A stretch of 64,000 bases of DNA from NCBI GenBank assembly GCA_963796055.1, contig CAWCKH010000004.1:1408001-1472000 (forward strand), given 5' to 3'. The stretch's first letter is position 1, and every line of letters starts with the position of its first letter. The translations under genes were made by a program, and so were the position numbers. This DNA comes from an uncultured delta proteobacterium (GTDB lineage Bacteria; Myxococcota; Myxococcia; Myxococcales; Myxococcaceae). This document shows positions 19,030 through 28,593 of this stretch, in pieces. The notes beneath the pieces were generated by a model that worked only from the letters and a program-made list of their open reading frames with translations, had not been told where the DNA came from and made no database searches.

Positions 19030-20907
19030 ATGCTGGACCCCGCCCACCCGAAGCGTCCTACCCCCCGCGCTGGAAGGCCTCGCCGCCCCACCGCGGACCC
19101 GTACCCGCCCGATGCCCGAACGAGGTGTCTGGCGCCTCGGCGGATTGCCCGGAGCCGGCGCCTCTTCGGGCTGGCCACGGCCGGCTGCCTGCTGTCGATG
19201 GGGGCTCCGGGCCCGGCCGCCGCCGGGTCGAGCGCCGAGTGGCTGGCGTCGATGGAGGGCCCGAGTCCGACCGTCACCTCCAAGTCCGGAGTGGGGACCG
19301 CGCAGGCGAGCGCGAGGGCGAAGGTCACCTCGGAGTCGCTGAAGAGCTTCTGCGCGGATTCGGCGAGCCAGGGCGATCCCGCGCAGGCCAAGGCGGCCGT
19401 CGACGCCTGCGTGAAGCAGCAGAAGCCCGAGCTCGGAAAGACGTACACCATCACCGCCGACTGCACCGTCGGCCGGCTCCAGCCCCTCGACGGGAAGTCG
19501 TACGTGCTCGATGGCGTCTGGGACAACTCCGACATCGGGGGAGGCCGCACCCGGTGGAAGGGACCCGACGGCGCGGTGGTGGGGCGGGACAACGCCAGTG
19601 GCGGGCTTGCGCTGTCGCAGCAATGGGAGGTGCTCTGCCCCGGCCGGGTGAGCGCCTCGGTGCTCTCCAAGGCCCGAGCGCTGGGGCCCGCGGGCGGGGC
19701 CGCCGCGGCCACATCGCAGGCCCCCGCGCCATCGGTCTGCGGAGGCGACGCCTCGTGCACCGAGGTGAACGGCTTCGCGATGTCGGTCGTGGAGTTCCGG
19801 ACCAGCCTGCAGGGCGCCTGGAAGGTTGTCACCACGACTCTCCGTTTCAGGAACAAGCTCGGGCGCCCGCTGGTGCTCGGGTACGTGGTCGGCTCGGGCG
19901 GAGCGACCGACGATCGGGGCAACCGTTACATCGTGAAGGATGGCGACGTGCGCGGCATCGGTCTCATCAGCCACCAGCCCGACGCCAAGTTCGTCATCTC
20001 CCCGGGACAGACGGGTGATGCCCGGTTCACCCTGGTCTGGGGGGGACAGGGCCTGTTCGGCAACACCTTCGACCTGGACCTCACGGTCCGGGAGATCGTG
20101 CCGGTCGGCAACGGCCAGAACACGCTCGGGCCGGAGTTCCCGCTGCAGATCGTCGGCCTGGTCGACGGTGCCCGGGCCGGCGCTCCCACCGTCGCCCAGG
20201 CCGCCGGGACCGCGCCCGCTGGACCGGCTCCCCAGGCGCCCGCGGATTCACAGCCGCCACCCACCGGGACCGCGCCCGCGCAGGGAGGCTCTGCGTCGCC
20301 GTTCGGCGCCCCGGCGATTCCCGGAGTGCCAGGCACGGCGACGACCGCCGGCGGAGCGCACTGTGCTCCGGGCTCGAGCTGCCAGGACGCCGGTCCGTTC
20401 AGTGTCACCCTCGCCCAGTCCGCGGCCGCGGTGAGCGGGAAGAACCGGGTGGTCCGCTTCTCCATCCGGGTGAAGAACCAGACCGCGCAGCCGCTGGCGC
20501 TCGCCTACAAGGCGGGGACGAACGCCGCCGTCGACGAGCTGGGCAATGCCTACACGTGGGGAAGGCCGGGCACGCACGATGGAAGCGCACAGGGGATCGG
20601 GACGATCGAGGGCGCACGCATCGATCCACAGTTCCAGCTCGCTCCCGGTGCGAGCCGCGAGGCGCAGCTGGTGCTCACCGCCTTCGACGCCGGTCCCAAG
20701 CCGGCAGGCCGGACCTACACCCTGAACACGGTGCTGGTGGAGCTGCGCGGAATGCCCAACGGACAGCAGTGGCAGAAGGTCCGCGAGTACGCCATCCACC
20801 TGCCCGGAGCGGGAACCGCTGCCACCCCTGCCGTGAGCCAGAACCCGGCGAACGACGGCATCCAGAAGGCGAGCGATCTCCTCAAGGGACTGCTGGGGGG
20901 CAAGTAG
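19030..20907 (+). CDS. Secreted hypothetical protein: Cys-containing N-domain plus two tandem beta-rich domains
   Basis: Long GC3-biased ORF; hydrophobic signal-like stretch LFGLATAGCLLSMGAPGPAAA; internal duplication; true start uncertain. Confidence 0.8.
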   Translation: MLDPAHPKRPTPRAGRPRRPTADPYPPDARTRCLAPRRIARSRRLFGLATAGCLLSMGAPGPAAAGSSAEWLASMEGPSPTVTSKSGVGTAQASARAKVTSESLKSFCADSASQGDPAQAKAAVDACVKQQKPELGKTYTITADCTVGRLQPLDGKSYVLDGVWDNSDIGGGRTRWKGPDGAVVGRDNASGGLALSQQWEVLCPGRVSASVLSKARALGPAGGAAAATSQAPAPSVCGGDASCTEVNGFAMSVVEFRTSLQGAWKVVTTTLRFRNKLGRPLVLGYVVGSGGATDDRGNRYIVKDGDVRGIGLISHQPDAKFVISPGQTGDARFTLVWGGQGLFGNTFDLDLTVREIVPVGNGQNTLGPEFPLQIVGLVDGARAGAPTVAQAAGTAPAGPAPQAPADSQPPPTGTAPAQGGSASPFGAPAIPGVPGTATTAGGAHCAPGSSCQDAGPFSVTLAQSAAAVSGKNRVVRFSIRVKNQTAQPLALAYKAGTNAAVDELGNAYTWGRPGTHDGSAQGIGTIEGARIDPQFQLAPGASREAQLVLTAFDAGPKPAGRTYTLNTVLVELRGMPNGQQWQKVREYAIHLPGAGTAATPAVSQNPANDGIQKASDLLKGLLGGK

Positions 20908-21628
20908 ACCCGGGCCGGCGTCGCAGCCGGTCGAAGGAGATCACTCCCAGGAGGAGGAAGAACCCGAGGGACACCAGCAGGTGCCACCAGGCGTGCAGCT
21001 GCGGGTTGGGGATCCCGTCGGCCGGGAGCGTGATGCTCACCCAGTGGCATGCCTTCAGATCCACGAACCAGACCGCGATCCCTGTCGCGTACGCAGCGAG
21101 CCCGAGCGCGAACTGGGCCCGCACCTCCCTGTTCTCCGGGCGCAGCGCGAGCCAGCTCACCCGGCCCAGGCAGAAGATCTCCAGCGCGCCGAAGCTGACG
21201 TGGAAGGCGAGGAACTGCGCGCCGCCGCGGTTCAGCGTCGCTCCCGCGGTGGCGAGCAGCACGTACCCGACCAGCGCTGCCGGAAACCAGCCCCCCAGTC
21301 GCCGGTTCGGCCTGTTCTCGACCAGCAGCCACACCAGCCAGGTGACGAGGTACAGCATCGGCAGCTCGTCCAGCATCTGCAGCTCGAAGCGGAGGGTCCC
21401 GTGGAAGGCGATGCTTCCGAGCCCCACCACCAGCAGGAGCGCGAAGGCGAAGCGGATCTCCGCGGCAAAGCGGCGCGTCGACACCCCCAGCAACCCGGCG
21501 ATCACCATCGCCAGGCTGGAGAGCGTGTTCCAGAACTCGGCCACCCACGGGGTGACGGCGTAGTTCTGCTCGCACCAGTCGATGCTCGCCGTGGGGACGC
21601 CCCAGAAGCCCGACGGGTCGACCGGCAC
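20882..21628 (-). CDS. Alkaline ceramidase (CREST superfamily, ACER3-like)
   Basis: FWG...SIDWCEQNY, AEFWNTLSS, GSIAFHGTL, LDELPM, LHAWWH; multiple TM helices. Confidence 0.88.
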   Translation of the reverse strand: MPVDPSGFWGVPTASIDWCEQNYAVTPWVAEFWNTLSSLAMVIAGLLGVSTRRFAAEIRFAFALLLVVGLGSIAFHGTLRFELQMLDELPMLYLVTWLVWLLVENRPNRRLGGWFPAALVGYVLLATAGATLNRGGAQFLAFHVSFGALEIFCLGRVSWLALRPENREVRAQFALGLAAYATGIAVWFVDLKACHWVSITLPADGIPNPQLHAWWHLLVSLGFFLLLGVISFDRLRRRPGSTCPPAVP

Positions 21629-21686
21629 GGCGGGCAGTCTAGCCGGCCGGCGCCCTCGGGTGGCCGTTCAGCGCACCCGCATCGAC

Positions 21687-22939
21687 TCAGCCCACCAGCT
21701 CGGCCCGTGGCACGTCGGAGCGGAGTCGCCGCCCGGTGACCTGCATCATCATGAACAGCGTGAGGACAGCGCCCACGGTGATGCTCAGTCCGGTGAAGCC
21801 CTTGAGCAGGAAGGTCAGCGAGAAGCCCACCAGGTACACCAGCTGCGCCAGCCCCATCTCCGGAGTGCGAACCGCCAGCCGACCAGCCACTGCGCGTAGG
21901 TCACCGCGAGGAGGATCGAGACCCCGCTGGACAGTGCCAGCGCCACCCACAGCGGCACGTGGTCCGCGAGGTAGGCGAAGAGCAGGTGGTCGGCGAAGAA
22001 GGCGCAGCCGATGAGGAACCAGGACAGCGGATGGAGGCGATGGCCACGGCCCTCGGCGAGCAGCCCGACGACGAAGAAGTAGAAGAGCAGCGCCACGGGA
22101 GCGAAGAAGGTGATGCGCGCCGCGAGCGGTCCGGGATTCGTCTTCTGCGGCAGCTCGAGCGAGATGGGCGCGTTGCCCACCAGGCTGCGGAACTCCCAGG
22201 TCCCGCGCCAGCCAGGCCCGTCGGCGGACGCACGGCTGGGCGAGATGCTCCCCGGGGAGAAGTCGATCCCGCGGGCGTTGCTGCGCAGCTCGAGCGAGAA
22301 GTCGCGGATGACCGAGCTCCCGGCGGCGGCCGGGCGGTACGTCCAGGAGGAAGTTCCGCGCGTGCGGTAGCGCACCCGGAAGCCGTGCCGCGCGGACGGG
22401 TCGAGCCTGACCGACCAGTGGGCTGCGCCCCCGTCGACCTCCGCGCCGATGGGCTGCTCCTTCTCGTCCAGGACCTCGAAGCCGTCGTAGATGGCGCCGT
22501 GCGCCGGAAGAGGAAAGCTCAGGGTCACCCACCGGACCTGGGTGGTGTCGTTCAGAACGACGTAGCGACCCTCGAAATCGACGGCGTAGGTGGGGAACCA
22601 GAGCAGCCCCTTCTGCCTGTGCTCGAGCGCGAGCGAGGCGCGGGCCTGGGTGGAGACGAGCGGGAGCGGGAGGGAGACCTCCTCCATCTTCTGCACCCCC
22701 GACTCGTACGGTCGGCCGTTCGCGTCGTAGAGCGTCCGTCGCTCTTCCCGGTGGCGCTGCTCGGTGTACTGCCCGGAGGGTGCGGCCTGGTCGAGCGGGG
22801 GACCCCAGAGCTGGTGGACCTCGTTCACCAGCGCGGAGGACGTCTCGCCCGAGCGCACCAGCAGCGTGGCCCCGAGCAGCATCCAGGCGATGGTGCAGCC
22901 TGCCCAGACCACTCCCAGCACGACGTAGCGGCGGATCAT
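21687..22939 (-). pseudogene. CreD-like inner membrane protein with a -1 frameshift near 21860 (pseudogene or sequencing error)
   Basis: RQKGLLWFPTY, FFAPVALLF, HLLFAYLADH; the C-terminus EMGLAQLVYLVGFS...GFTGLSITVGAVLTLF continues in another frame; span 1253 nt = 3n-1. Confidence 0.7.
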
Positions 22940-23076
22940 GTCGGCGCCCGGGAAGCAGCGGCCGTGCCATGGACACCCGCGCCGGGTCAGCGGACGACCG
23001 GCGGCGTGGGGGCCACAGACGGGTGGCCGCGTGGCCACGGGTCCCCCGGACCACGCTCAGGCGCCGCCTTCGAGGG

Positions 23077-23271
23077 TCAGCTGCGGAAATCGCGGGCGAT
23101 CGCGGCGAACGCCTCGTCGACCGAGCGGGCGATGGTGGTCTGGAGGTCGTCACCCGCCACCGCGCGAATCCGGACGAGCAGCTCAGCCAGGCGTCGAGCC
23201 AGAGCGGCGGTGCGGGGCTCGGTGGCGTGCTCGACGGTCTCGGGGGTCACGGCGGTCATTCGCTTCTCCAT
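23077..23271 (-). CDS. Short helical hypothetical protein
   Basis: 64-aa ORF upstream of, and co-oriented with, the CreD-like gene; no recognised motif. Confidence 0.35.
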   Translation of the reverse strand: MEKRMTAVTPETVEHATEPRTAALARRLAELLVRIRAVAGDDLQTTIARSVDEAFAAIARDFRS

Positions 23272-23559
23272 GCATTGGCCGCCCGGACTCACCGGTGCGG
23301 CGGGTGTCACTGGTGTTCACGCGGAAGACCCGCCGCGCTCGCCTCGTTGCCCCGTACTGCCTTGGTGAGGGGGGACTGTGCTGGTGGGCTGGCGCCCACA
23401 CCCGGTCGGGCCGGGTGCATCCATTTCGGTGGATGCACGTCGCTCCCTGCAACTCAGGGGTGGGAACGCACGGGCCGGCACTGCTTCGGAGGTCTCCGGT
23501 GAAGGCTTCTCGCATCCGCCAGCCCGACGTCCTCCGTTCGGACAGCGCGCCGGCGCCTC

Positions 23560-23951
23560 CGCCCAGCGCTGCCCCGAGCGCGAGGCCCTGCGGACCGGCC
23601 TCATGGTCGGGGGCGGCCTGGTCTTCCTGGCCGGGCTGATCACCGCGGCGGCCCTCGCCAGCAGCCAGGCCACGCAGTGCACGCCGATCACCCCCAGCAG
23701 CTTCTCCCTTCCGTCCTGTCAGTCTCCAGCCCCGGTCGATCCCGCGCTCGGCTGGCTGGCGCTGGGGGGCGTTGTGGCGGATCGATCCCGAGCCAGTGGG
23801 CACCGTCGGGAAGCGCCAGCTCGCCGAGACGTACAACCGCGAGCTCTGGGACCGCCTCTCGAGCGAGCCGCATGCCGAGGCCGTCGACGTCCACGTCGCT
23901 CCCCATCTGGGGAAGGACGGAGCTGGAATCGGGATGGCGGTTCGCTTCTAG
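23560..23951 (+). pseudogene. Frameshifted remnant of a membrane protein gene
   Basis: Hydrophobic blocks GLMVGGGLVFLAGLITAAAL and LGWLALGGVV, then a different frame ...LAETYNRELW...VAPHLGKDGAGIGMAVRF*; no clear start. Confidence 0.45.
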
Positions 23952-23979
23952 CCCCTGGCCGGCTAGCGTCGGCAAAGCG

Positions 23980-25479
23980 ATGGGGATCGCCGAGTACGGG
24001 ACCCTCGATGCGGTGGCGATGGCCGAGCTCGTCCGCCGGAGCGAGGTGACACCGCGGGAGCTGGTGGACGAGGCCATCGCTCGCATCGAGCGGGTCAATC
24101 CGCAGCTGAACGTCGTCGTCGAGCGGCTCTTCGACCGGGCCCGCGAGAGCGCCGCCGCGCGCCTCCCCGACGGCCCGTTCCGGGGCGTGCCCTTCGCCAC
24201 CAAGAACCTGCTCGCGCCCATCTCCGGGGTGAGGATCGACGCCGGGAGCCGCTTCTTTCACGGGCACGTCGCCGCGCGGGACAGCACCCTCATCTCCCGC
24301 TACCGCCAGGCGGGACTGCTGTTCCTCGCCACCACCAACACCCCCGAGCTGGGGCTGCTCCCGTTCACCGAGCCCGAGCTGCACGGTCCCACCCGGAACC
24401 CTTACGACCCGGCGAGGACGTCCGGCGGCTCCAGCGGTGGTTCGGCGGCCCTCGTCGCCTCGGGAGCGTTGCCCATGGCCCACGCCAGCGACGGCGGCGG
24501 GTCGATCCGCATTCCTTCTTCGTGCTGCAACCTGTTGGGTCTGAAGCCGTCACGCGGGCGGGTGCCGGTGGGCCCGGACTTCCAGGAGATCTGGCACGGC
24601 TTCGTCTGCGACCACGTGGTGAGCCGCACGGTGCGGGACAGCGCGGCGGCGCTCGACGCGGTCCAGGGGTCCGAGCCGGGCGCGCTGTACCACGCGCCCC
24701 GGCCCGAGCGGCCGTATCTCGAGGAGGTCACCCGTTCGCCGCGACGGCTGCGGATCGCGCTCTCGGTGACACCGCCCCTGCCGTCGCGCGTGGACCCGCG
24801 CTGTGCGGAGGCGGCGCGGGCGGCGGGGCGGCTCTGCGAGTCTCTGGGGCACGTGGTGGAGGAGGCCGCGCCCGTCTTCCATCCCCGTGAGCTCGCCAAG
24901 GCGTTCTTCACCATCGTCGTTTCCGAGGCCGCGTCGGACATCCGGCGGGGCGAGGAGCTGATGGAGAAGAAGGCCCGCCCGCGCGACTTCGAGGACTCGA
25001 CCTGGCTGGTGGCGCTGCTCGCCCGCGAGGTCAGCGCCGCCGACTTCGCCTCCTCGATGGCGATGCTGCGCGACGTGAGCAAGCACCTCTCGCGGTTCCT
25101 CGAGACCTACGACCTGCTGCTCACCCCGACGCTCGCGCGCCCCCCGCCGCTCATCGGCGAGCTACTGCCAAGGGGGCTGGAGAAGCGCGTCCAGGCCATC
25201 GCCGCGGCGACCTCGTCCTCGCTGCTCTTGAAGCTCGGTGGAGGAATCGACGCCGCGGTGGACCGGGTCTTCGACTTCATTCCCTTCACCCCGCTGGCCA
25301 ACTTCGCCGGCCTGCCGGCGATGTCGGTTCCGCTCGGCGAGGCGGACGGACTGCCCGTCGGCGTGCAGTTCGTCGGACGCTTCGCGGACGAGGCGACGCT
25401 GTTCCAGCTCGCCGGGCAGCTGGAGCAGGCAGCGCCGTGGACTGCTCGGCGGCCGCAGGTCTCGGCCGAATCGAGATGA
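23980..25479 (+). CDS. Amidase-signature family enzyme
   Basis: GVPFATKNL, GGSSGGSAA, DGGGSIRIPSS. Confidence 0.93.
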   Translation: MGIAEYGTLDAVAMAELVRRSEVTPRELVDEAIARIERVNPQLNVVVERLFDRARESAAARLPDGPFRGVPFATKNLLAPISGVRIDAGSRFFHGHVAARDSTLISRYRQAGLLFLATTNTPELGLLPFTEPELHGPTRNPYDPARTSGGSSGGSAALVASGALPMAHASDGGGSIRIPSSCCNLLGLKPSRGRVPVGPDFQEIWHGFVCDHVVSRTVRDSAAALDAVQGSEPGALYHAPRPERPYLEEVTRSPRRLRIALSVTPPLPSRVDPRCAEAARAAGRLCESLGHVVEEAAPVFHPRELAKAFFTIVVSEAASDIRRGEELMEKKARPRDFEDSTWLVALLAREVSAADFASSMAMLRDVSKHLSRFLETYDLLLTPTLARPPPLIGELLPRGLEKRVQAIAAATSSSLLLKLGGGIDAAVDRVFDFIPFTPLANFAGLPAMSVPLGEADGLPVGVQFVGRFADEATLFQLAGQLEQAAPWTARRPQVSAESR

Positions 25480-25609
25480 CGGTCCGCTCAGCGAGCGCCC
25501 GGGTGGAAGAACGCCGCCAACGTGCCGGTGGCCAGGGCCATGAGCAACGCGGCAAGGACCGGTCGAGGCAGCTCTTCCGAGACCGTCAGCGCCTCCGTCA
25601 CGGACCGAC

Positions 25610-25906
25610 TCAGGTCGCGGCGAGCTGGTCCGCTTCCTCGGCGAGCTTGGTGTCCCGCCCGGTCAGCCCGCCTGCGTCATGGGTGACCAGGGCCAGCGTC
25701 ACCTTCGAGTAGCGGATGTCGATGTCCGGGTGGTGGTCGGCCGCCTCCGCTGCGTCCGCGACCCGGTTCACGAAGGCCATCGCGGCGCGAAAATCCGGGA
25801 AGGCGAATGTCCGGCGGATCATCCCCCCGTCCAGCGCCCAGCCGGGGTGCGCCTTCAGCCAGCCCTGCACCTCTGTGTCCCCGAGCTTCGTCCGGTCGCG
25901 TGCCAT
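25610..25906 (-). CDS. phhB: Pterin-4-alpha-carbinolamine dehydratase
   Basis: FPDFRAAMAFVN, ADHHPDIDIRY, THDAGGLT. Confidence 0.92.
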   Translation of the reverse strand: MARDRTKLGDTEVQGWLKAHPGWALDGGMIRRTFAFPDFRAAMAFVNRVADAAEAADHHPDIDIRYSKVTLALVTHDAGGLTGRDTKLAEEADQLAAT

Positions 25907-25917
25907 GGCCCGGCTCT

Positions 25918-27402
25918 CTACGCCCGTTCCACCGCCCGCTTCCACTTCGCCAGGGCGTGGGCGCGCGAACTGTCGTCCATCTTCGGCTTGAACGTCTTCG
26001 CCGCCCGCCAGGAGCCGCGGATCTCCTCGGGGTCCTTCCACAGGCCCGTCCCGATGCCGGCGAGGAACGCCGCACCTGCGGCCGTGGTCTGAAGATTCCG
26101 CGGCCGGACCACCGGGACGCCGAGGATGTCCGCCTGGTACTGCATGAGGAGGTCGTTCGCGCTCGCGCCGCCGTCCACCTTGAGCACGGGGATCGGCTGT
26201 CCCGAGTCCGCGGTCATCGCCTGTGCCAGCTCGTAGGTCTGCAGCGCGATGCCCTCGAGCACCGCCCGGGCCACGTGGCCCAGGTTGGTCGAGCGGTCCA
26301 TGCCCATCAGCAGTCCGCGCGCCTCGGGCCTCCAGTGCGGCGCCCCCAGGCCCGCCAGCGCGGGGACGAAGACCACCTCCCCCGAGGTCTCCACGCTCCG
26401 GGCGAGCTTCTCCACCTGTGCCGACTTCTTGATCGCCTGCAACCCGTCGCGAAGCCATTGCACCGCCGCGCCGGCGACGAAGCTCGACCCCTCGAGCGCG
26501 TAGGTGGTCGTGTCGCCGAGCTGCCAGGCCACGGTGCTCAGCAGCCCCGTCTTCGACATGACCGGCTGTGAACCGGTGTTCATCAGCAGGAAGCTGCCCG
26601 TCCCGTAGGTGCACTTCGACTCGCCCGGACGGAAGCAGGCCTGTCCGAACAACGCCGCCTGCTGGTCTCCCGCCATCCCCGAGACCGGGACCCCATCGGG
26701 AAGCGCGTCCATTCCCTTGGTCGTCCCGTAGACTTCGGCGGAGCTGCGGACTTCCGGGAGGACCTGGGGCGGGATTCCGAACAGCTCGATCATCGCCTCG
26801 CTCCAGCCCCGGTTGCGCAGGTCGTAGAGCAGGGTCCGGCTGGCGTTGGAGGCATCGGTCAGGTGACGCTTTCCACCGGTCAGCCGGTAGACCAGCCACG
26901 AATCGATGGTGCCGAAGCACAGCGCGCCGGCCTCGGCCAGGGTGCGGAGACCCTCGACGTTGTCCAGCAGCCAGCGCAGCTTGGTGGCGCTGAAGTACGG
27001 GTCGAGGACCAGGCCGGTCGTCTCGCGGACCCGTTCCTCTTCGCCCCTGGACTTCAGCTCGGCGCACAGGTCCGCGGTGCGGCGGTCCTGCCAGACGATG
27101 GCCCGGGCGAGCGGCTCGCCGGTCTCGCGGTGCCACACCGCCGTGGTCTCGCGCTGGTTGGTGATGCCGATGGCCGTCACCATGTCCGGGCGGATGTCGG
27201 CGTCGGCGAGCCCTTTCTTGCAGCAGCGCTCGACCGTCTTCCAGATCTCGCGCAGGTCGTGCTCCACCCAGCCGGGCCGCGGGAAGTGCTGCGTGAATTC
27301 CCGGTACGCCTCCCCCACGACCTCCAGCCGGTCGTCGACGACGAGGACGTGGGTGCCGGTCGTGCCCTGATCGATTGCGAGGAGGTAGCGCCGCTTGGCC
27401 AT
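25918..27402 (-). CDS. glpK: Glycerol kinase
   Basis: IDQGTT, GITNQRET, AIVWQDRRT, GDQQAALFGQ, KCTYGTG, VDGGA. Confidence 0.96.
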   Translation of the reverse strand: MAKRRYLLAIDQGTTGTHVLVVDDRLEVVGEAYREFTQHFPRPGWVEHDLREIWKTVERCCKKGLADADIRPDMVTAIGITNQRETTAVWHRETGEPLARAIVWQDRRTADLCAELKSRGEEERVRETTGLVLDPYFSATKLRWLLDNVEGLRTLAEAGALCFGTIDSWLVYRLTGGKRHLTDASNASRTLLYDLRNRGWSEAMIELFGIPPQVLPEVRSSAEVYGTTKGMDALPDGVPVSGMAGDQQAALFGQACFRPGESKCTYGTGSFLLMNTGSQPVMSKTGLLSTVAWQLGDTTTYALEGSSFVAGAAVQWLRDGLQAIKKSAQVEKLARSVETSGEVVFVPALAGLGAPHWRPEARGLLMGMDRSTNLGHVARAVLEGIALQTYELAQAMTADSGQPIPVLKVDGGASANDLLMQYQADILGVPVVRPRNLQTTAAGAAFLAGIGTGLWKDPEEIRGSWRAAKTFKPKMDDSSRAHALAKWKRAVERA

Positions 27403-27429
27403 GGGGCCCGGCAGGGTAGCGGATCTGGG

Positions 27430-27454
27430 GTAACGAGGTGTCTGGCACCTCGTT
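27430..27454 (-). repeat. REP-like palindrome, copy 1
   Basis: Reverse complement of GAGGTGCCAGACACCTCGTTAC (27430-27451); here the stem extends to 9 bp (AACGAGGTG/CACCTCGTT). Confidence 0.8.
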
Positions 27455-27455
27455 T

Positions 27456-28256
27456 TCAGCGCACTGCGGCAGGACCCAGGGTTCGCTCCACGAACGCCGT
27501 CACCTCGGCCGCCACCAGCTCGTGATTCCGGTCCCGGGGGAGGATGTGGGCGCTGTTCTCGATGCGGACGTAGCGCACGGACGGGGATTTCTCGAGCCTG
27601 CGTACCAGCCCGGCCGCTCCCGCCTCTTCCACCACGTGGTCCTCGGCGGCGACCACGACCAGCACCGGGCAGGTCACCCGCGCCGCCGAGCCCCAGGCGA
27701 GGTCCTGCACCTCCCAGAGGTCCCGCAGCCGCGCCGAGGGCCAGGCACGGAGTACCGGCGCCTCGGCCCGGGCCGCCGTGTCCAGCAGGTCCGTCGTGTG
27801 CTTCAGCACCCACGGGCGCAGCCACTCCAGCAGCGGAGCCGCCGCGCGCACTCTCCGCAGCGAGTTCAGCGTCCGGTCCCGGAAGCGCACCGCGGGCGCG
27901 AGCGCCGCCACCCCGGCCACCCGATCGGGATGGCGCGCCGCGAGCACCAGCCCGAGCAGCGCGCCCATCGACAGCCCGGCGACTGCCACTCGCCGGCCGG
28001 GAAGCCTCGCCAGCCCCTCGTCGCAAGCCAGGAGCCAGTCCGGCGCCCGGGCCTCGAGCATTGCCGCGGGTGTGGTCCCGTGGCCGGGGAGGCGCGGCGC
28101 GTTCACCGCGATGCCGGCGCGCGCGAGCGCCTCGCCCAGCGGCCGCACGTCCCAGGGCGTGCCGGTGAATCCGTGGATCAGCAGGCACGCACCCCGTTCG
28201 CCCGGCAGCGCGAAGGAGGCGGTCTTGCCGTCGTCCAGCGCGACGTCGGTCGGCAC
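27456..28256 (-). CDS. Carboxylesterase / monoacylglycerol lipase-like alpha/beta hydrolase
   Basis: HGFTGTP, LPGHG, GLSMGA, EDHVV, SAHIL; GTG start inferred. Confidence 0.88.
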   Translation of the reverse strand: MPTDVALDDGKTASFALPGERGACLLIHGFTGTPWDVRPLGEALARAGIAVNAPRLPGHGTTPAAMLEARAPDWLLACDEGLARLPGRRVAVAGLSMGALLGLVLAARHPDRVAGVAALAPAVRFRDRTLNSLRRVRAAAPLLEWLRPWVLKHTTDLLDTAARAEAPVLRAWPSARLRDLWEVQDLAWGSAARVTCPVLVVVAAEDHVVEEAGAAGLVRRLEKSPSVRYVRIENSAHILPRDRNHELVAAEVTAFVERTLGPAAVR

Positions 28257-28305
28257 CGCCCCGCCTCTGGAAACCCGCGCGGCAGGGGCGGTATGCAGGC
28301 GCTCC

Positions 28306-28593
28306 ATGGCTGACCCAAAGCTGCCCGAGACCGCGCTGCAGATCCACATCGACGACGCGGTCGCCGACGGGGCCTACGTGAACATGGCCCTGGTGAACCA
28401 CACCGACTCCGAGTTCACCCTGGACTTCATCTACGTTCAGCCCCAGCAGCCCAAGGCGCGGGTGAAGGCGCGGGTCATCACCAGCCCCCGGCACATGAAG
28501 CGACTGGTCGCGGCGATGGTGGACAACCTCCAGAAGTACGAGGCCAAGTACGGAGTCATCGACGCCGGCGACCCCAGCCTCCCGGTGCACTGA
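28306..28593 (+). CDS. DUF3467 family protein
   Basis: GAYVNMALVNHTDSEFTLDF, RVITSPRHMKRL, YEAKYG. Confidence 0.85.
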   Translation: MADPKLPETALQIHIDDAVADGAYVNMALVNHTDSEFTLDFIYVQPQQPKARVKARVITSPRHMKRLVAAMVDNLQKYEAKYGVIDAGDPSLPVH

